Shown: piece after piece, positions 32,646 through 43,175 of the stretch
Layout: each line of letters starts with the position of its first letter
How positions within the stretch are numbered: position 1 is the stretch's first letter
Virus record (IMG/VR): IMGVR_UViG_3300027759_000002
Span: 1-64,000 of that record
Direction: 5' to 3' (one strand)
Origin: a virus
DNA length: 64,000 nucleotides
The notes under the pieces: model-generated
Database searches by the model: none
What the model was told of the DNA's origin: nothing
Seen by the model: the letters and a program-made list of their open reading frames with translations, nothing else
Made by a program: the position numbers and the translations under genes

Positions 32646-33515
32646 ATGGCAACAGCAGAAATATTTACACCAGGTCAAAGTACTATCACAAATGTGGAAC
32701 CAACAGGACCATCTTCAGGTGATTTACCCATCGTAGGTAATGCAAACTTAAAACCACCACTTGGAGCAGAAAATGATGGTCGAGTACCAGGAACACCAAC
32801 TACACCTATGTGTGCAAGAAGTGTGGTTGATGGAACAAGTGTGGGTAACAACAATAAAAAATTAACCCATGTTTGTAGTTTCATTGATGATATGAGAAAA
32901 AATATATACTTGAAAAAGTTTATCAAAGCAACTGCACAAGCAATTAGAGAACAAATTCGTGCAATATTGAAAGCTTTAGGTTTATCAGACAAATCTGGTA
33001 TATTTGCAGCGATTGCGGCCAAACTAAAAGAAGCAGCTCGTTGGTTGAAGACTGTACAGAAATTTTTAAAAGATGTTATTAATTTTGAAAAGTATGTGTT
33101 GGCATATATCACAAAAATTAGAGCCATAATTCAATGGATTTTATCATTACCAGCAAGATTCTTAAAAATGTTGGCTCAATGTTTAGCAAAATTCTTAAAA
33201 CTCGTGAAAAATGTTATGACAGACTTCTTCAAAGAACTCACAGCTGGTGGAGAAGATAGTGGTTTTTCTGATTTGATTAAATCAACAAAATCACTTATAA
33301 ATGAAACTGTTACTACAGTAAAATTGGCTGGTACTGCAGCTGCTGGTGCTGTTGCGATTGCAGGTGCTGCGACCGTTGGTTTAATGGTACCTGTTTCAGC
33401 CGCAGAAGTAAAAGCTGCAAATAAAACCATTGCTAATTATAGTGCATCATTACCAACAACAGACAGTGTTGCTAAAAGCCTTGAACCTAAAGATTTAAAA
33501 AAATCCACACCATAA
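32646..33515 (+). CDS. hypothetical helical protein between the gp5 modules
   Basis: 289 aa; amphipathic helical core. Confidence 0.75.
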   Translation: MATAEIFTPGQSTITNVEPTGPSSGDLPIVGNANLKPPLGAENDGRVPGTPTTPMCARSVVDGTSVGNNNKKLTHVCSFIDDMRKNIYLKKFIKATAQAIREQIRAILKALGLSDKSGIFAAIAAKLKEAARWLKTVQKFLKDVINFEKYVLAYITKIRAIIQWILSLPARFLKMLAQCLAKFLKLVKNVMTDFFKELTAGGEDSGFSDLIKSTKSLINETVTTVKLAGTAAAGAVAIAGAATVGLMVPVSAAEVKAANKTIANYSASLPTTDSVAKSLEPKDLKKSTP

Positions 33516-33518
33516 ACC

Positions 33519-34391
33519 ATGACAGACACTACAGACATTAATTCTCCGCCAGCTGATAATTTGTGGACAGAACCTGAATCTGCCGCAAATACATATTATC
33601 AACCTGTTTATCCATATAACAATGTTCAACAAACTGAAGCTGGACATAAATTTGAAATGGATGACACTCCAACCAGAGAACGTATACGTTTATCACATAG
33701 AACGGGTACATTTATTGAAATGCATCCAAACGGTGATGAAGTACATAAAGTTTATGGCAACGGATTCACAATTATTGTCTCAAATAAAAATATATTGATT
33801 GGTGGTGATTGTAATATTGAAATTGGAGGTAATTGCAACCTAAATGTACTGCAAGATATGAATGTACAGGTTGGTGGCAATTACAACCTACAAGTTAAAG
33901 GTGACACAAACATCAGAGCTATTGGAGAAATAGATATATTGGGTGATAGTGATGTGAGAATTACAGCTGATGAAAATTTTGGCGGAACAATGTATCTCGG
34001 TGCAGCTGACCACATATCTATAGCATCTGATTTAAATGTTGGTGGTTCAATTCACGCAGATATGATTAATGCTGAATCTAGGGTTACAGCCGGTACAGGA
34101 GTTTACGCTGGAGTTGATGGATTCACAACATCAGGCGGTGTGTCTGCTGGATTCCCTACACCAGCATCACCAATTGCAGTTCCTGGTCAAATCAATGCAC
34201 TCACATCAGTGAATGCTGTTGTTTCAGTAAATGCAGCCATGGCGAACTTTGCTTTGGCAAAAATTAGTGTGATGGATGCGGTTTTAATGTCAGATAAAAT
34301 TAATACATCAATATTCAATACACACATCCACGGCAATGGTAATAATGGTACACCAACTACAATGCCAATGACACCATTCGCAGGAGTATAA
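33519..34391 (+). CDS. gp5 C-terminal spike (beta-helix) module
   Basis: YPYNNV..TEAGHKFEMDDTP..ERI..HRTGTFIEMHPNG, Gly/Asn/Val beta-helix repeats and terminal HIH. Confidence 0.82.
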   Translation: MTDTTDINSPPADNLWTEPESAANTYYQPVYPYNNVQQTEAGHKFEMDDTPTRERIRLSHRTGTFIEMHPNGDEVHKVYGNGFTIIVSNKNILIGGDCNIEIGGNCNLNVLQDMNVQVGGNYNLQVKGDTNIRAIGEIDILGDSDVRITADENFGGTMYLGAADHISIASDLNVGGSIHADMINAESRVTAGTGVYAGVDGFTTSGGVSAGFPTPASPIAVPGQINALTSVNAVVSVNAAMANFALAKISVMDAVLMSDKINTSIFNTHIHGNGNNGTPTTMPMTPFAGV

Positions 34392-34392
34392 T

Positions 34393-35247
34393 ATGGTAGC
34401 AGTGGCAAACGCAGCAGGAATTTTTCATTCATTTGGTTACGGATTTGATGATCCTAATGGTCATATACAAGAATTGTCCATCGACACAAAAGAACATATG
34501 GACACAATGCCACCTTTCATTACATCTTGGCAAGCACAAGATATTGCAAATAATGATTATGGTGGTTACTACCAAAACCCAATGCAATCTATAACCATGT
34601 TAATTTATACAAATGCAAATGCAATATATCAACTTGCAAACACAGGCAATGGTGTAAATAATATGGCCAATGTCAAAACCTCATCCACTGAATTAATGAG
34701 TAATGCAATGGCATTTTTGACACACACCAGTAAACAATCTGGATTAACAGAATATGATGGTTTAGATACACTCAGTCCATATATGGATTTAGCTATGAGT
34801 GCGGGTAGAACCGCAATGTATATTACTTATCAAACTGATGCGGTAACAAACAATGCACCAATTATGGGTAGTTTCACTAGTTTGATGATTGAACCACAAT
34901 TGATTGCAAATAACAATACTCTGTTAACATATAAACAACAATTTGCAAATAGTGTGACCATAACAACATCAACAACGATTGATCCAGAAACTGGATACTC
35001 CACAACAGTAACCACAGCAACATCAAATCTCACAAGTCAACAATTGACAACATTAAATACACAAATGAACAATATTAAGAACTTTATGAATCAGAGAAAA
35101 GTAGCTGATATTGATTTTTACAATAATGTTAAAAGGTTTGTTGACGGATACAATAAAACTAAGAGATTGAACAATATGGGTGAAACTGAAAAATACTTAG
35201 TTAATAATTTAATTGGTACCGAGAAGGCCAAGTCAAGAATTGCATAA
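34393..35247 (+). CDS. hypothetical virion protein
   Basis: 284 aa between the gp5 spike module and gp25. Confidence 0.7.
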   Translation: MVAVANAAGIFHSFGYGFDDPNGHIQELSIDTKEHMDTMPPFITSWQAQDIANNDYGGYYQNPMQSITMLIYTNANAIYQLANTGNGVNNMANVKTSSTELMSNAMAFLTHTSKQSGLTEYDGLDTLSPYMDLAMSAGRTAMYITYQTDAVTNNAPIMGSFTSLMIEPQLIANNNTLLTYKQQFANSVTITTSTTIDPETGYSTTVTTATSNLTSQQLTTLNTQMNNIKNFMNQRKVADIDFYNNVKRFVDGYNKTKRLNNMGETEKYLVNNLIGTEKAKSRIA

Positions 35248-35332
35248 TTGCCGAAATTTCGAATTTTTGCGTTCCGGCCTAAGAATTTTCTCCCACAGCT
35301 TCGAAAATACAAAAAAGCGTTTTACTCCTAGA

Positions 35333-35340
35333 CATAAATA
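35333..35340 (+). promoter_or_regulatory. late promoter-like motif (CATAAATA) upstream of gp25
   Basis: NATAAATA just before ATG 35345. Confidence 0.6.
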
Positions 35341-35344
35341 AAAG

Positions 35345-35746
35345 ATGGCAACCTCACAAACTATACAAAAACTATACTCCGATATAGATTTCACACTCGC
35401 AAAGAGGCCTGTGTTGAATGATATCGCTTTAAGTTATGATAATCAAGCCATCATCCGTTCTTTGAGAAACATATTATTAACAAAAAAGTTTGAAAAACTA
35501 TGGAATCCAGATTTTGGATCTAATATAGACACCCTTTTATTTGAAAATATCTCCAGTGTTACAGCTGCGGCTTTAGAAAAAGAAATTTCAGTTGCAATTG
35601 CAAACTATGAACCTAGGGTAAATATGAAAAATGTAGTAGTGACACCATACATTGACAGAAATGCTTATGATGTTACACTAACTTTTTATATATCAAATGC
35701 AACACAACCAACTACTGTAACAGTTTTTTTAGAGAGAAACAGATAA
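35345..35746 (+). CDS. gp25: baseplate wedge subunit gp25
   Basis: YSDID, AIIRSLRNILLT, PDFGS and IANYEPRV. Confidence 0.92.
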   Translation: MATSQTIQKLYSDIDFTLAKRPVLNDIALSYDNQAIIRSLRNILLTKKFEKLWNPDFGSNIDTLLFENISSVTAAALEKEISVAIANYEPRVNMKNVVVTPYIDRNAYDVTLTFYISNATQPTTVTVFLERNR

Positions 35747-35747
35747 A

Positions 35748-37826
35748 ATGGCAGGTGCTAATTCAAATTTCAACATAACCGAACTAGATTTCGGTTCAAT
35801 CAAAGACAGTTTAAAAAACTACATGAAGGACAATGGCGTCCTTAATGATTATAATTATGAAGGTTCTGCAATTTCCACCCTTTTAGATATACTGGCATAC
35901 AATACACAATATAATGCCTACTATTTGAATATGGTTGCGAATGAAATGTTTTTAGACACAGCTCTACAAAGAAACTCTGTTGTTTCTCAAGCAAAATTAT
36001 TAAATTACATTCCACAATCTGCGATTGCGCCTTCAGCCACAATTAATTTGAGAGTAAATCAGGTGACTGATGCTTCATTGACACTGCCAAAATATACGAG
36101 CTTTCTATCTGAAGCTATTGATGGTATCAATTATAATTTTGTGAACACAGATTCACACACAGTTAATGTAGTTAATGGTGTTGCACAGTTTAATGAAATC
36201 ACATTAAAACAAGGCAGTTCACAAGTATATTCTTTTTTAGTAGATGTTGGTACAAATACCAAGTCATTATTTAAGTTACCAGACACAAATATTGATACAA
36301 CCACACTGTTGGTTGCAGTGCAAGAATCTTCATCAAACAATTACCTAACAACATTTAGTTCAGCATCTGATTATTTAACATTGAATAATAGTTCTGCGGT
36401 ATACTTCTTACAAGAAGGTTTGAACGGTTACTTCGAAATCTATTTTGGTAATGGAATATTAGGTAAAGCATTGAAGAATGGTAATATTGTTAAAGTTTCT
36501 TATGTTACCACTCAAGGTTTAAGTGGTGCTGGCGCAAACAATTTCGTAATAATGAACACTATTGCTGGTTATAGTAACACAGTTGTTACACCTATCACTT
36601 CAGCATCACAAGGTTCATCAAGAGAAACAATTGATTCTATTAAATTACAAGCACCAAAATCATATGCCGCACAAAATCGTGCCGTCACCAAAGATGATTA
36701 CATTACAGCAATTCAACAAAATCAATTAGGTTATTCATTTGATGCAGTAAACGTTTGGGGTGGCCAACAGAACGATCCTCCTGTTTATGGTCGTGTATTT
36801 GTTTGTATGAAACCAACTGGTGGTTACACAATAACACAAAATCAAAAAGCAAAACTCATCAAAGATGTATTGAAACCAATTTCAATAATGACAGTTGAAC
36901 CAACAATTGTTGATCCAGATTATACTTACGTTCAAATTACAGCAAACGTATTGTATGATCCTAAGAAAACTACCGCATCAGCTGCACAAATCAAAGCGGC
37001 TGTTAGAAGTGTGATATATTCTTATTCATTATCAACATTAAACACATTTAATTCCACTTTTAAAGCATCAGATTTTAACAACAGAATTAATGCGGCCGAT
37101 GCATCTATTATTACGAATGAAATTTCTATTAAACTACAGAAAAAATTCTTTCCAAATCTAAGTACACCAACAACATACAAACTTTATTATGGTACAGAAC
37201 TGAAAAAAGGTATGTTTTTAAGTGGTATTTTAAGTACACCAACAGTTGTTTATAGAAACCCGTTAAACTTGGCTCAAACAATTCAAGGCCTTAACATTGA
37301 AGAAGTGCCTTCTTCTACAGGCGGTGTAGAATCAATCACAGTTACAAATCCTGGTTTTGGATATGAGTATCCTCCTACAGTTACAGTTTTAGGTGATGGT
37401 AGTGGCGCAACGGCAGAAGCTGTGGTGGTCAATGGTATTATCAAACAAATAAATGTTTTGACAAAAGGTGTAGGGTATACTTCAGCAATAGTAACAATCA
37501 CAAACAAATCAAATGATACAACAGGTACATTAGGTGCAGCAACAGTGGCACTTGAAGGTAAATATGGTACTTTAAGAACTTATTTTAATGATACATTAAA
37601 TGTGAAGACTGTATTTGATGGAAACATTGGTACGGTTGATTATAAATCTGGCATTATTACATTAAATTCCTTTGCACCAATTATAGTTGATAATGAATTG
37701 GGACAATTGACGATGACAGTAACACCAACATCAACTATCATTTCATCATCTTATAATAGAATCATAACGCTTGATGAATATGATCCACAATCAATCATTG
37801 TTAATGTAACAGCTAAAACAACATGA
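35748..37826 (+). CDS. gp6: baseplate wedge subunit gp6
   Basis: ELDFGSIK, DYNYEGS, LDILAYNT, NEMFLDTA..RNSVVS.AK and QNRAVTKDDY. Confidence 0.93.
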   Translation: MAGANSNFNITELDFGSIKDSLKNYMKDNGVLNDYNYEGSAISTLLDILAYNTQYNAYYLNMVANEMFLDTALQRNSVVSQAKLLNYIPQSAIAPSATINLRVNQVTDASLTLPKYTSFLSEAIDGINYNFVNTDSHTVNVVNGVAQFNEITLKQGSSQVYSFLVDVGTNTKSLFKLPDTNIDTTTLLVAVQESSSNNYLTTFSSASDYLTLNNSSAVYFLQEGLNGYFEIYFGNGILGKALKNGNIVKVSYVTTQGLSGAGANNFVIMNTIAGYSNTVVTPITSASQGSSRETIDSIKLQAPKSYAAQNRAVTKDDYITAIQQNQLGYSFDAVNVWGGQQNDPPVYGRVFVCMKPTGGYTITQNQKAKLIKDVLKPISIMTVEPTIVDPDYTYVQITANVLYDPKKTTASAAQIKAAVRSVIYSYSLSTLNTFNSTFKASDFNNRINAADASIITNEISIKLQKKFFPNLSTPTTYKLYYGTELKKGMFLSGILSTPTVVYRNPLNLAQTIQGLNIEEVPSSTGGVESITVTNPGFGYEYPPTVTVLGDGSGATAEAVVVNGIIKQINVLTKGVGYTSAIVTITNKSNDTTGTLGAATVALEGKYGTLRTYFNDTLNVKTVFDGNIGTVDYKSGIITLNSFAPIIVDNELGQLTMTVTPTSTIISSSYNRIITLDEYDPQSIIVNVTAKTT

Positions 37827-40800
37827 TAGAAAACGGCCAACTAACCTCTTTACTGGTTAAAGACCAGTTACCTGAGCACATTCGTGACAATGACCAATAT
37901 ATAAACTTTCACACATTCATTAAGGCATACTATGAATGGATGGAAGAAACGGGAAAGGTATCGGAAAGAACTCAGAATTTGTTATCATATAAAGATATTG
38001 ATACAACAACAGAAGAATTTTTAGATTACTTTACGAATGATTTTTTACCTTTCTTTCCAAAAGATACTCTATTAAGCAAAGAAGAAACGGTTAAAGTTGC
38101 CAGACAGTTATATAAAACCAAAGGTACACCGGCATCGTATGAGTTTCTTTTTCGTGTTCTTTTCAATTCCGATTTTGAAGTATTTAATACCAAAGAAGCC
38201 GTATTCAAAGCATCAGCTGGTACATGGTATGTTTCAAAGAGTTTAAAACTTGCATCAAGTAACCGTAATTTTTTAAACACCAAAAACTTAAGAGTGTTTG
38301 GTTTAGAATCAAAATCTATTGCAACAATTGAAGCCGCAGTATTGGTTGGTGATAAAACTGAAATCTTTATCTCAGATATTGAACGTCTGTTTGAGTCTGG
38401 AGAATTTGTTAAGATAGTTGATTCAAACAATCAAGATGTGTTGTTTAACGGTCAAATACTTACAGCAAAAATTGTAGGTCAAATCAGTCAAATTAAAATA
38501 AACTCCGTTAAACGTGGTTCTTTATACCAACCAGGTGATCCTGTTGTTGTTTATGATGGTATGGATGATGACACGACTGGTGTTGGTGCATCTGCTATTG
38601 TTTCAGAAACAACAAGAGGTTCTCTACAACGTATCAATGTTGTTAATGGTGGTTTTGGTTATACTTTAAAACCAAACACCGTTGTTACAGTGATTGGTGG
38701 TGGAGGTGCTAGAGCAAACGTATATGCTTTGTCTAATTTCTTACCACCATCTTACACTATTGTTAATGGCGGTTCAGGTTATAGAATAAATGATAGAGTG
38801 AATTATGCTAATGCGGCCTTTGCTTATGTTACTAGTGTTAGTGCAAACGGTTCAATTACAGGTATTAAATATGTACCTTCTGTAAATGCACAGGCTGTTG
38901 TCAGTCTTACCGCAACAGTACAATCATCTAATGCTTTGGCTAGTGGTGCAGTTATAACAACAGCATCTTCACCTGGTAATGCAAGAGCAAATGTTGGTTA
39001 CATTACAACTGATGTTATTGGATTCAAAAGTAATGTTTTAATTAGCAATAGTAATTTCTTTTTTGCAAACATGGCAAGTGCAAATGCAAACACAAGATTG
39101 ATTGATGCACTTTCTTTTGGTTCATTAGAGACAAGTTCAATATTCAGTATGATTGTTGACAATGGTGGCGGCGGTATTTCTACTGTGCCTGAAGTAGAAG
39201 TTATATCTACTATAAAAACTGAAGATGAATTTGATGTTTATTCAGCCTTACGTTCTGATATTGCACCGCTTGGTATACTTGCACCAATTCAAATCATTAA
39301 TGGTGGAGGTTGGTATCAAGCAAACGATAGAATAGTTTTCAGTGGAGGTTCTGGTCGAGGTGCATACGCAAACGTTACCAGCGTTGGTGCGAACGGTACC
39401 ATAACAGGAGTATCTTATTTTTATAATCCAGCCAATCCATTTCCACTCTATACATTAGGTGGAACAGGTTACAAAAATGAATTTCTACCCTCAGTAAGTG
39501 TACAATCAGCAAACGCACGAGCATCTGGTGCAATCTTAACAGTACCTGGAATACTAGGCACTGGTGCTGACTTCTCTTTAGTTGTTGACCGAGTTGGTTC
39601 AGTTACTACAATTGGCATACAAAATTATGGCGAAGATTACTCATCACAACCAGGCGTATCATTAAAGATACAAGATATTGTTGTGTCAAACGTTGCGATT
39701 GAAAATCTACCACGTAAAGGTGAGGTCATCTATCAAGGTCCGACAATCAACCTATCAACATATACCGCCAGAGTTAATTCAGTATCGTTATTGGCTCCAG
39801 ATGCAAACACACAATTGTCACTGTACAATCTACAAGTGTTTAACTACAATGCAAATCCAAATCCAAATTTAACATTGAAGATATTAGGTGAAGATAGAAA
39901 CATCAATCTCAAGATGGCCAACTCGGCATTTCCGCAATTTGAAAAATCATATAGTTACTTTGATGCATCAGGCAATAGAACAGTATACACCAGAAACTAT
40001 AACAAACAAGGTTACATTTCATATGGTGACGGTTCAGCAAAAGCAAACGCAACATTCTTAAATGGACTGGTCATTGGTGATGGTCAGTATTTGACCTCAC
40101 AAGGACAACCAAGTTCATTCGACATTATGCAGGACGATAAGTACAATAACTTTACCTATTTGATTACAGTTGATAAAGAGATTTCAAAATACAGAGAAGT
40201 TCTTTTAGGTCTGTTACATCCTGTAGGAACAAATGTGTTAGGACGTTATGGTTTAAAATCAAACAATAATATAAGTTCACATGTTTATGAAGCAATGTAT
40301 CTAGGTAAACCATGGTCTTATTATATTAATATGAATGTAGAAAATGTGGTAACAATTGTAACAGATTTTACGAATAAAAGTAATAACAAAATTAAAATCA
40401 ATCAAACAAATGGTGCAAACTTACAGCAAATATTTACTCCAAATACACACATTCTTATTAAAACTAAAAATGGACCAAATGTATATTCGGAAATTGTTTC
40501 AGTTAACAATGAAACAAGTATAGTTACACTTGCAAGTAATGTTTGGCTGACCTATGCAAACGTTGCCGTGGTAACAGGTAACTCTGGTTCAAACGTACTA
40601 AATATTACATCTTTAACCGGTCTGTATGACTTGATGAACAATGGAAACTATAGTGATCCAAATTATCCAATAAGAGATATTGTTTATCGTGGTGACATTG
40701 TTCTTGTTGATAATAATTCAAGTAAGGTAGTTAATACAGTTGATTATATAAACAAAAAAATATATTTGTCAACTAATTTAACCTCAACGACAAATTCTTA

Positions 40801-40957
40801 TATGGCTGTGAAAAGAACCTTCATTGCAAACAGTACCGTATCATCAAGTCAAATTGAATTATATGGTTCAGCTGGAGTACCATATATGCCAGAACTTGCC
40901 ACAGAAAGTGGTGATACATTAATAACAGAAGATGAAAATTCAATCCTATTGGGGTAA
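37823..40957 (+). CDS. baseplate wedge initiator (gp7-like)
   Basis: QLPEHIR...FIKAYYEW, YKTKGT..SYEFLFRVLF and HPVG near the C-terminus; lies between gp6 and gp8. Confidence 0.72.
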   Translation: MIENGQLTSLLVKDQLPEHIRDNDQYINFHTFIKAYYEWMEETGKVSERTQNLLSYKDIDTTTEEFLDYFTNDFLPFFPKDTLLSKEETVKVARQLYKTKGTPASYEFLFRVLFNSDFEVFNTKEAVFKASAGTWYVSKSLKLASSNRNFLNTKNLRVFGLESKSIATIEAAVLVGDKTEIFISDIERLFESGEFVKIVDSNNQDVLFNGQILTAKIVGQISQIKINSVKRGSLYQPGDPVVVYDGMDDDTTGVGASAIVSETTRGSLQRINVVNGGFGYTLKPNTVVTVIGGGGARANVYALSNFLPPSYTIVNGGSGYRINDRVNYANAAFAYVTSVSANGSITGIKYVPSVNAQAVVSLTATVQSSNALASGAVITTASSPGNARANVGYITTDVIGFKSNVLISNSNFFFANMASANANTRLIDALSFGSLETSSIFSMIVDNGGGGISTVPEVEVISTIKTEDEFDVYSALRSDIAPLGILAPIQIINGGGWYQANDRIVFSGGSGRGAYANVTSVGANGTITGVSYFYNPANPFPLYTLGGTGYKNEFLPSVSVQSANARASGAILTVPGILGTGADFSLVVDRVGSVTTIGIQNYGEDYSSQPGVSLKIQDIVVSNVAIENLPRKGEVIYQGPTINLSTYTARVNSVSLLAPDANTQLSLYNLQVFNYNANPNPNLTLKILGEDRNINLKMANSAFPQFEKSYSYFDASGNRTVYTRNYNKQGYISYGDGSAKANATFLNGLVIGDGQYLTSQGQPSSFDIMQDDKYNNFTYLITVDKEISKYREVLLGLLHPVGTNVLGRYGLKSNNNISSHVYEAMYLGKPWSYYINMNVENVVTIVTDFTNKSNNKIKINQTNGANLQQIFTPNTHILIKTKNGPNVYSEIVSVNNETSIVTLASNVWLTYANVAVVTGNSGSNVLNITSLTGLYDLMNNGNYSDPNYPIRDIVYRGDIVLVDNNSSKVVNTVDYINKKIYLSTNLTSTTNSYMAVKRTFIANSTVSSSQIELYGSAGVPYMPELATESGDTLITEDENSILLG

Positions 40958-40960
40958 ACA

Positions 40961-41776
40961 ATGTCAACAGTAAAAATTTCGCAATTAACACAGGGTAGTA
41001 CAACAACCAACAAAGCAAATACAATTTTTGTTGGTGTGAACTTGGAAGCAGGCAGCACCAATTCATACACACTAGAACAAATTTTTCAATTGTCTGATGC
41101 ATTTGCACAGGCGGCTTTCTTACAGGCAAATACACCATCCAGTGTTGCAAATTCTGCTGGCAATTTTGCTAACGGTGCCTTCACAAGAGCGAACTCTGGT
41201 TATATACAAGCCAACAGTGCTGCATCTTTTGCTAATGGTGCATTTGTAACGGCTAATGCATCATATGATTCACAAAATACTACTGCAACATTTGCAAACG
41301 GTGCTTTCTTAAGAGCCAATGCCTCTTATACAGCACAAAATACCACAGCAACATTTGCTAATTCAGCATTCACCAAAGCAAACAACGCATTAGCAAATAC
41401 AAGTGGCACATTTGCTGGTGACCTAATCATCACTGGTTATGTTGAACCAAAAAACGGTTTCGTTCATACACCGACAGTTTTAGCTAGTGCTCAGACTGCA
41501 ATTACAATTAACATGTCAACACAATCAATGGTGCGAGCTCAGACTGCTGCAGGATTGGTAGTAACGTTATCTAATTTATTAACAGGTAAAGAAGTTGTTG
41601 CGTGGATTACAAATACTGCAGCTACCAGCCAAGTGTTTACACACGGTGTTTCTGCATTAAACTCAACAATTAATGCAACAACATATTCGATACCAGCAAC
41701 ATCAACTATTTTAGCAAGATATATGTGTGTTGATGGAACAACACAAAATACTTTTGTAGCTATCACTCGAGCATAA
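40961..41776 (+). CDS. short fibre/virion protein with Asn-heptad repeats
   Basis: N-terminal VKISQL; ANGAF/ANASY/QNTTA repeats. Confidence 0.7.
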   Translation: MSTVKISQLTQGSTTTNKANTIFVGVNLEAGSTNSYTLEQIFQLSDAFAQAAFLQANTPSSVANSAGNFANGAFTRANSGYIQANSAASFANGAFVTANASYDSQNTTATFANGAFLRANASYTAQNTTATFANSAFTKANNALANTSGTFAGDLIITGYVEPKNGFVHTPTVLASAQTAITINMSTQSMVRAQTAAGLVVTLSNLLTGKEVVAWITNTAATSQVFTHGVSALNSTINATTYSIPATSTILARYMCVDGTTQNTFVAITRA

Positions 41777-41786
41777 TAAATAAACC

Positions 41787-43166
41787 ATGGCAAATAAAAA
41801 TATACTCACAAGCGCATCAAAGGTTTCTCAAATAGACCTTTTGTATTATGCACCAGTTGCAGTAGTACCGCCTGCAATTACAATACCAATTCATTCTTAC
41901 TATTGTTTCTTGGCCAAGCCAACTCCATGGGCAGACAATAATAATCCTGTTACACCAACAGGTGACTTGAAGTCAATGAAACAAATTCAAAAGAACATCT
42001 TTGTTGCAAAAAAAATTAAGACCAGTGATATTTCACCAGTCATCCAACGAGTGAATTGGACTACAGGTATAGTATATGATTATTTCCGTGACGATGTTGA
42101 TATGTTGGTCAAAGATGCAAACGGTTTTATAACCAAAACATTCTACGTCAAAAACAAATACGACCAAGTGTTCAAGTGTTTATGGAACAACAACGCTGGC
42201 GCATCAACAAGAGAACCGTATTTTGAACCTGGTACATACTCAGCTAATAGAATCTTCCAAGGTGACGATGGTTACAAATGGAAATTTATGTACACCATCG
42301 ACACTGGCCTAAAACTTAAGTTTATGGACAAAGAGTGGATGCCTGTGCAAATAGGGTCAAACACTCCTAATCCATTAGTTACCAGTGCAGGTGCGGGTAG
42401 TATAGATGTTATCAACGTCATAAATGGTGGGTCAGGATACGACACGGTCAATGCGGTCGTGTATGTTACTATCACAGGTGACGGCACAGGTGCAAGCGCA
42501 TCCGCAAACGTGCAATCATTGGTGAATGGTGGTTCAGTTAGAGATATTATTGTGGTAAATCCAGGTAGTAACTATACCTATGCCAATATTGCAGTAACTT
42601 CCGCAATAGGTAGTAATGCCAACGTTACATGGGCAACATCACCAATTGGTGGCCACGGTTTTGATCCTATTTCTGAATTAGGTTGCGAACATGTTATGTT
42701 GACCGCTGAGTTTGATGGTGATGAAAATGGTTTTGTGCCAACAGATATAGATTATCACCAAGTTGGTATATTGGTAAATCCAACTACAAAACAATATAAT
42801 CCAACTCCAGCCAATGGCATTATCTACAGCACGACAACAAACATTGTCGTGGCTCCAGGTTCAGATGCAGGATACACACCTGATGAGTTTGTATATCAAG
42901 GTACTTTGGCCAATCCATCATTTTATGCAAACGTTTTAAGTTTTGATGGTGGTTCCAATTTAATTAAGCTGATAAATACAACAGGCACTCCAGCAAATAA
43001 CAGTCCAATATTTGGACAAGATTCAAAGACAACAAGAACATTATTGTCATACAGTACTCCAAATTTTGCAGTTCATTCTGGTTATATGATTTATGTACAG
43101 AATAGATCCGGTGTTCAAAGAAGTACTGATGGCATAGAACAATTCAGATTCGTATTAGGTTTCTAA
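41787..43166 (+). CDS. gp8: baseplate wedge subunit gp8
   Basis: RVNWTTG..YDYF, VFKCLWN, DGYKWKFMY, PIGGHG.DP..EL and SGYMIYVQNR..VQRS. Confidence 0.9.
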   Translation: MANKNILTSASKVSQIDLLYYAPVAVVPPAITIPIHSYYCFLAKPTPWADNNNPVTPTGDLKSMKQIQKNIFVAKKIKTSDISPVIQRVNWTTGIVYDYFRDDVDMLVKDANGFITKTFYVKNKYDQVFKCLWNNNAGASTREPYFEPGTYSANRIFQGDDGYKWKFMYTIDTGLKLKFMDKEWMPVQIGSNTPNPLVTSAGAGSIDVINVINGGSGYDTVNAVVYVTITGDGTGASASANVQSLVNGGSVRDIIVVNPGSNYTYANIAVTSAIGSNANVTWATSPIGGHGFDPISELGCEHVMLTAEFDGDENGFVPTDIDYHQVGILVNPTTKQYNPTPANGIIYSTTTNIVVAPGSDAGYTPDEFVYQGTLANPSFYANVLSFDGGSNLIKLINTTGTPANNSPIFGQDSKTTRTLLSYSTPNFAVHSGYMIYVQNRSGVQRSTDGIEQFRFVLGF

Positions 43167-43175
43167 GGGAAAAAA

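Noticed and set aside
32646-33515. Intein, intron or homing endonuclease interrupting gp5
   Set aside because: No LAGLIDADG, HNH or GIY-YIG motif, no intein Cys/His-Asn ends and no recognisable group I intron core; it looks like an ordinary helical protein gene.
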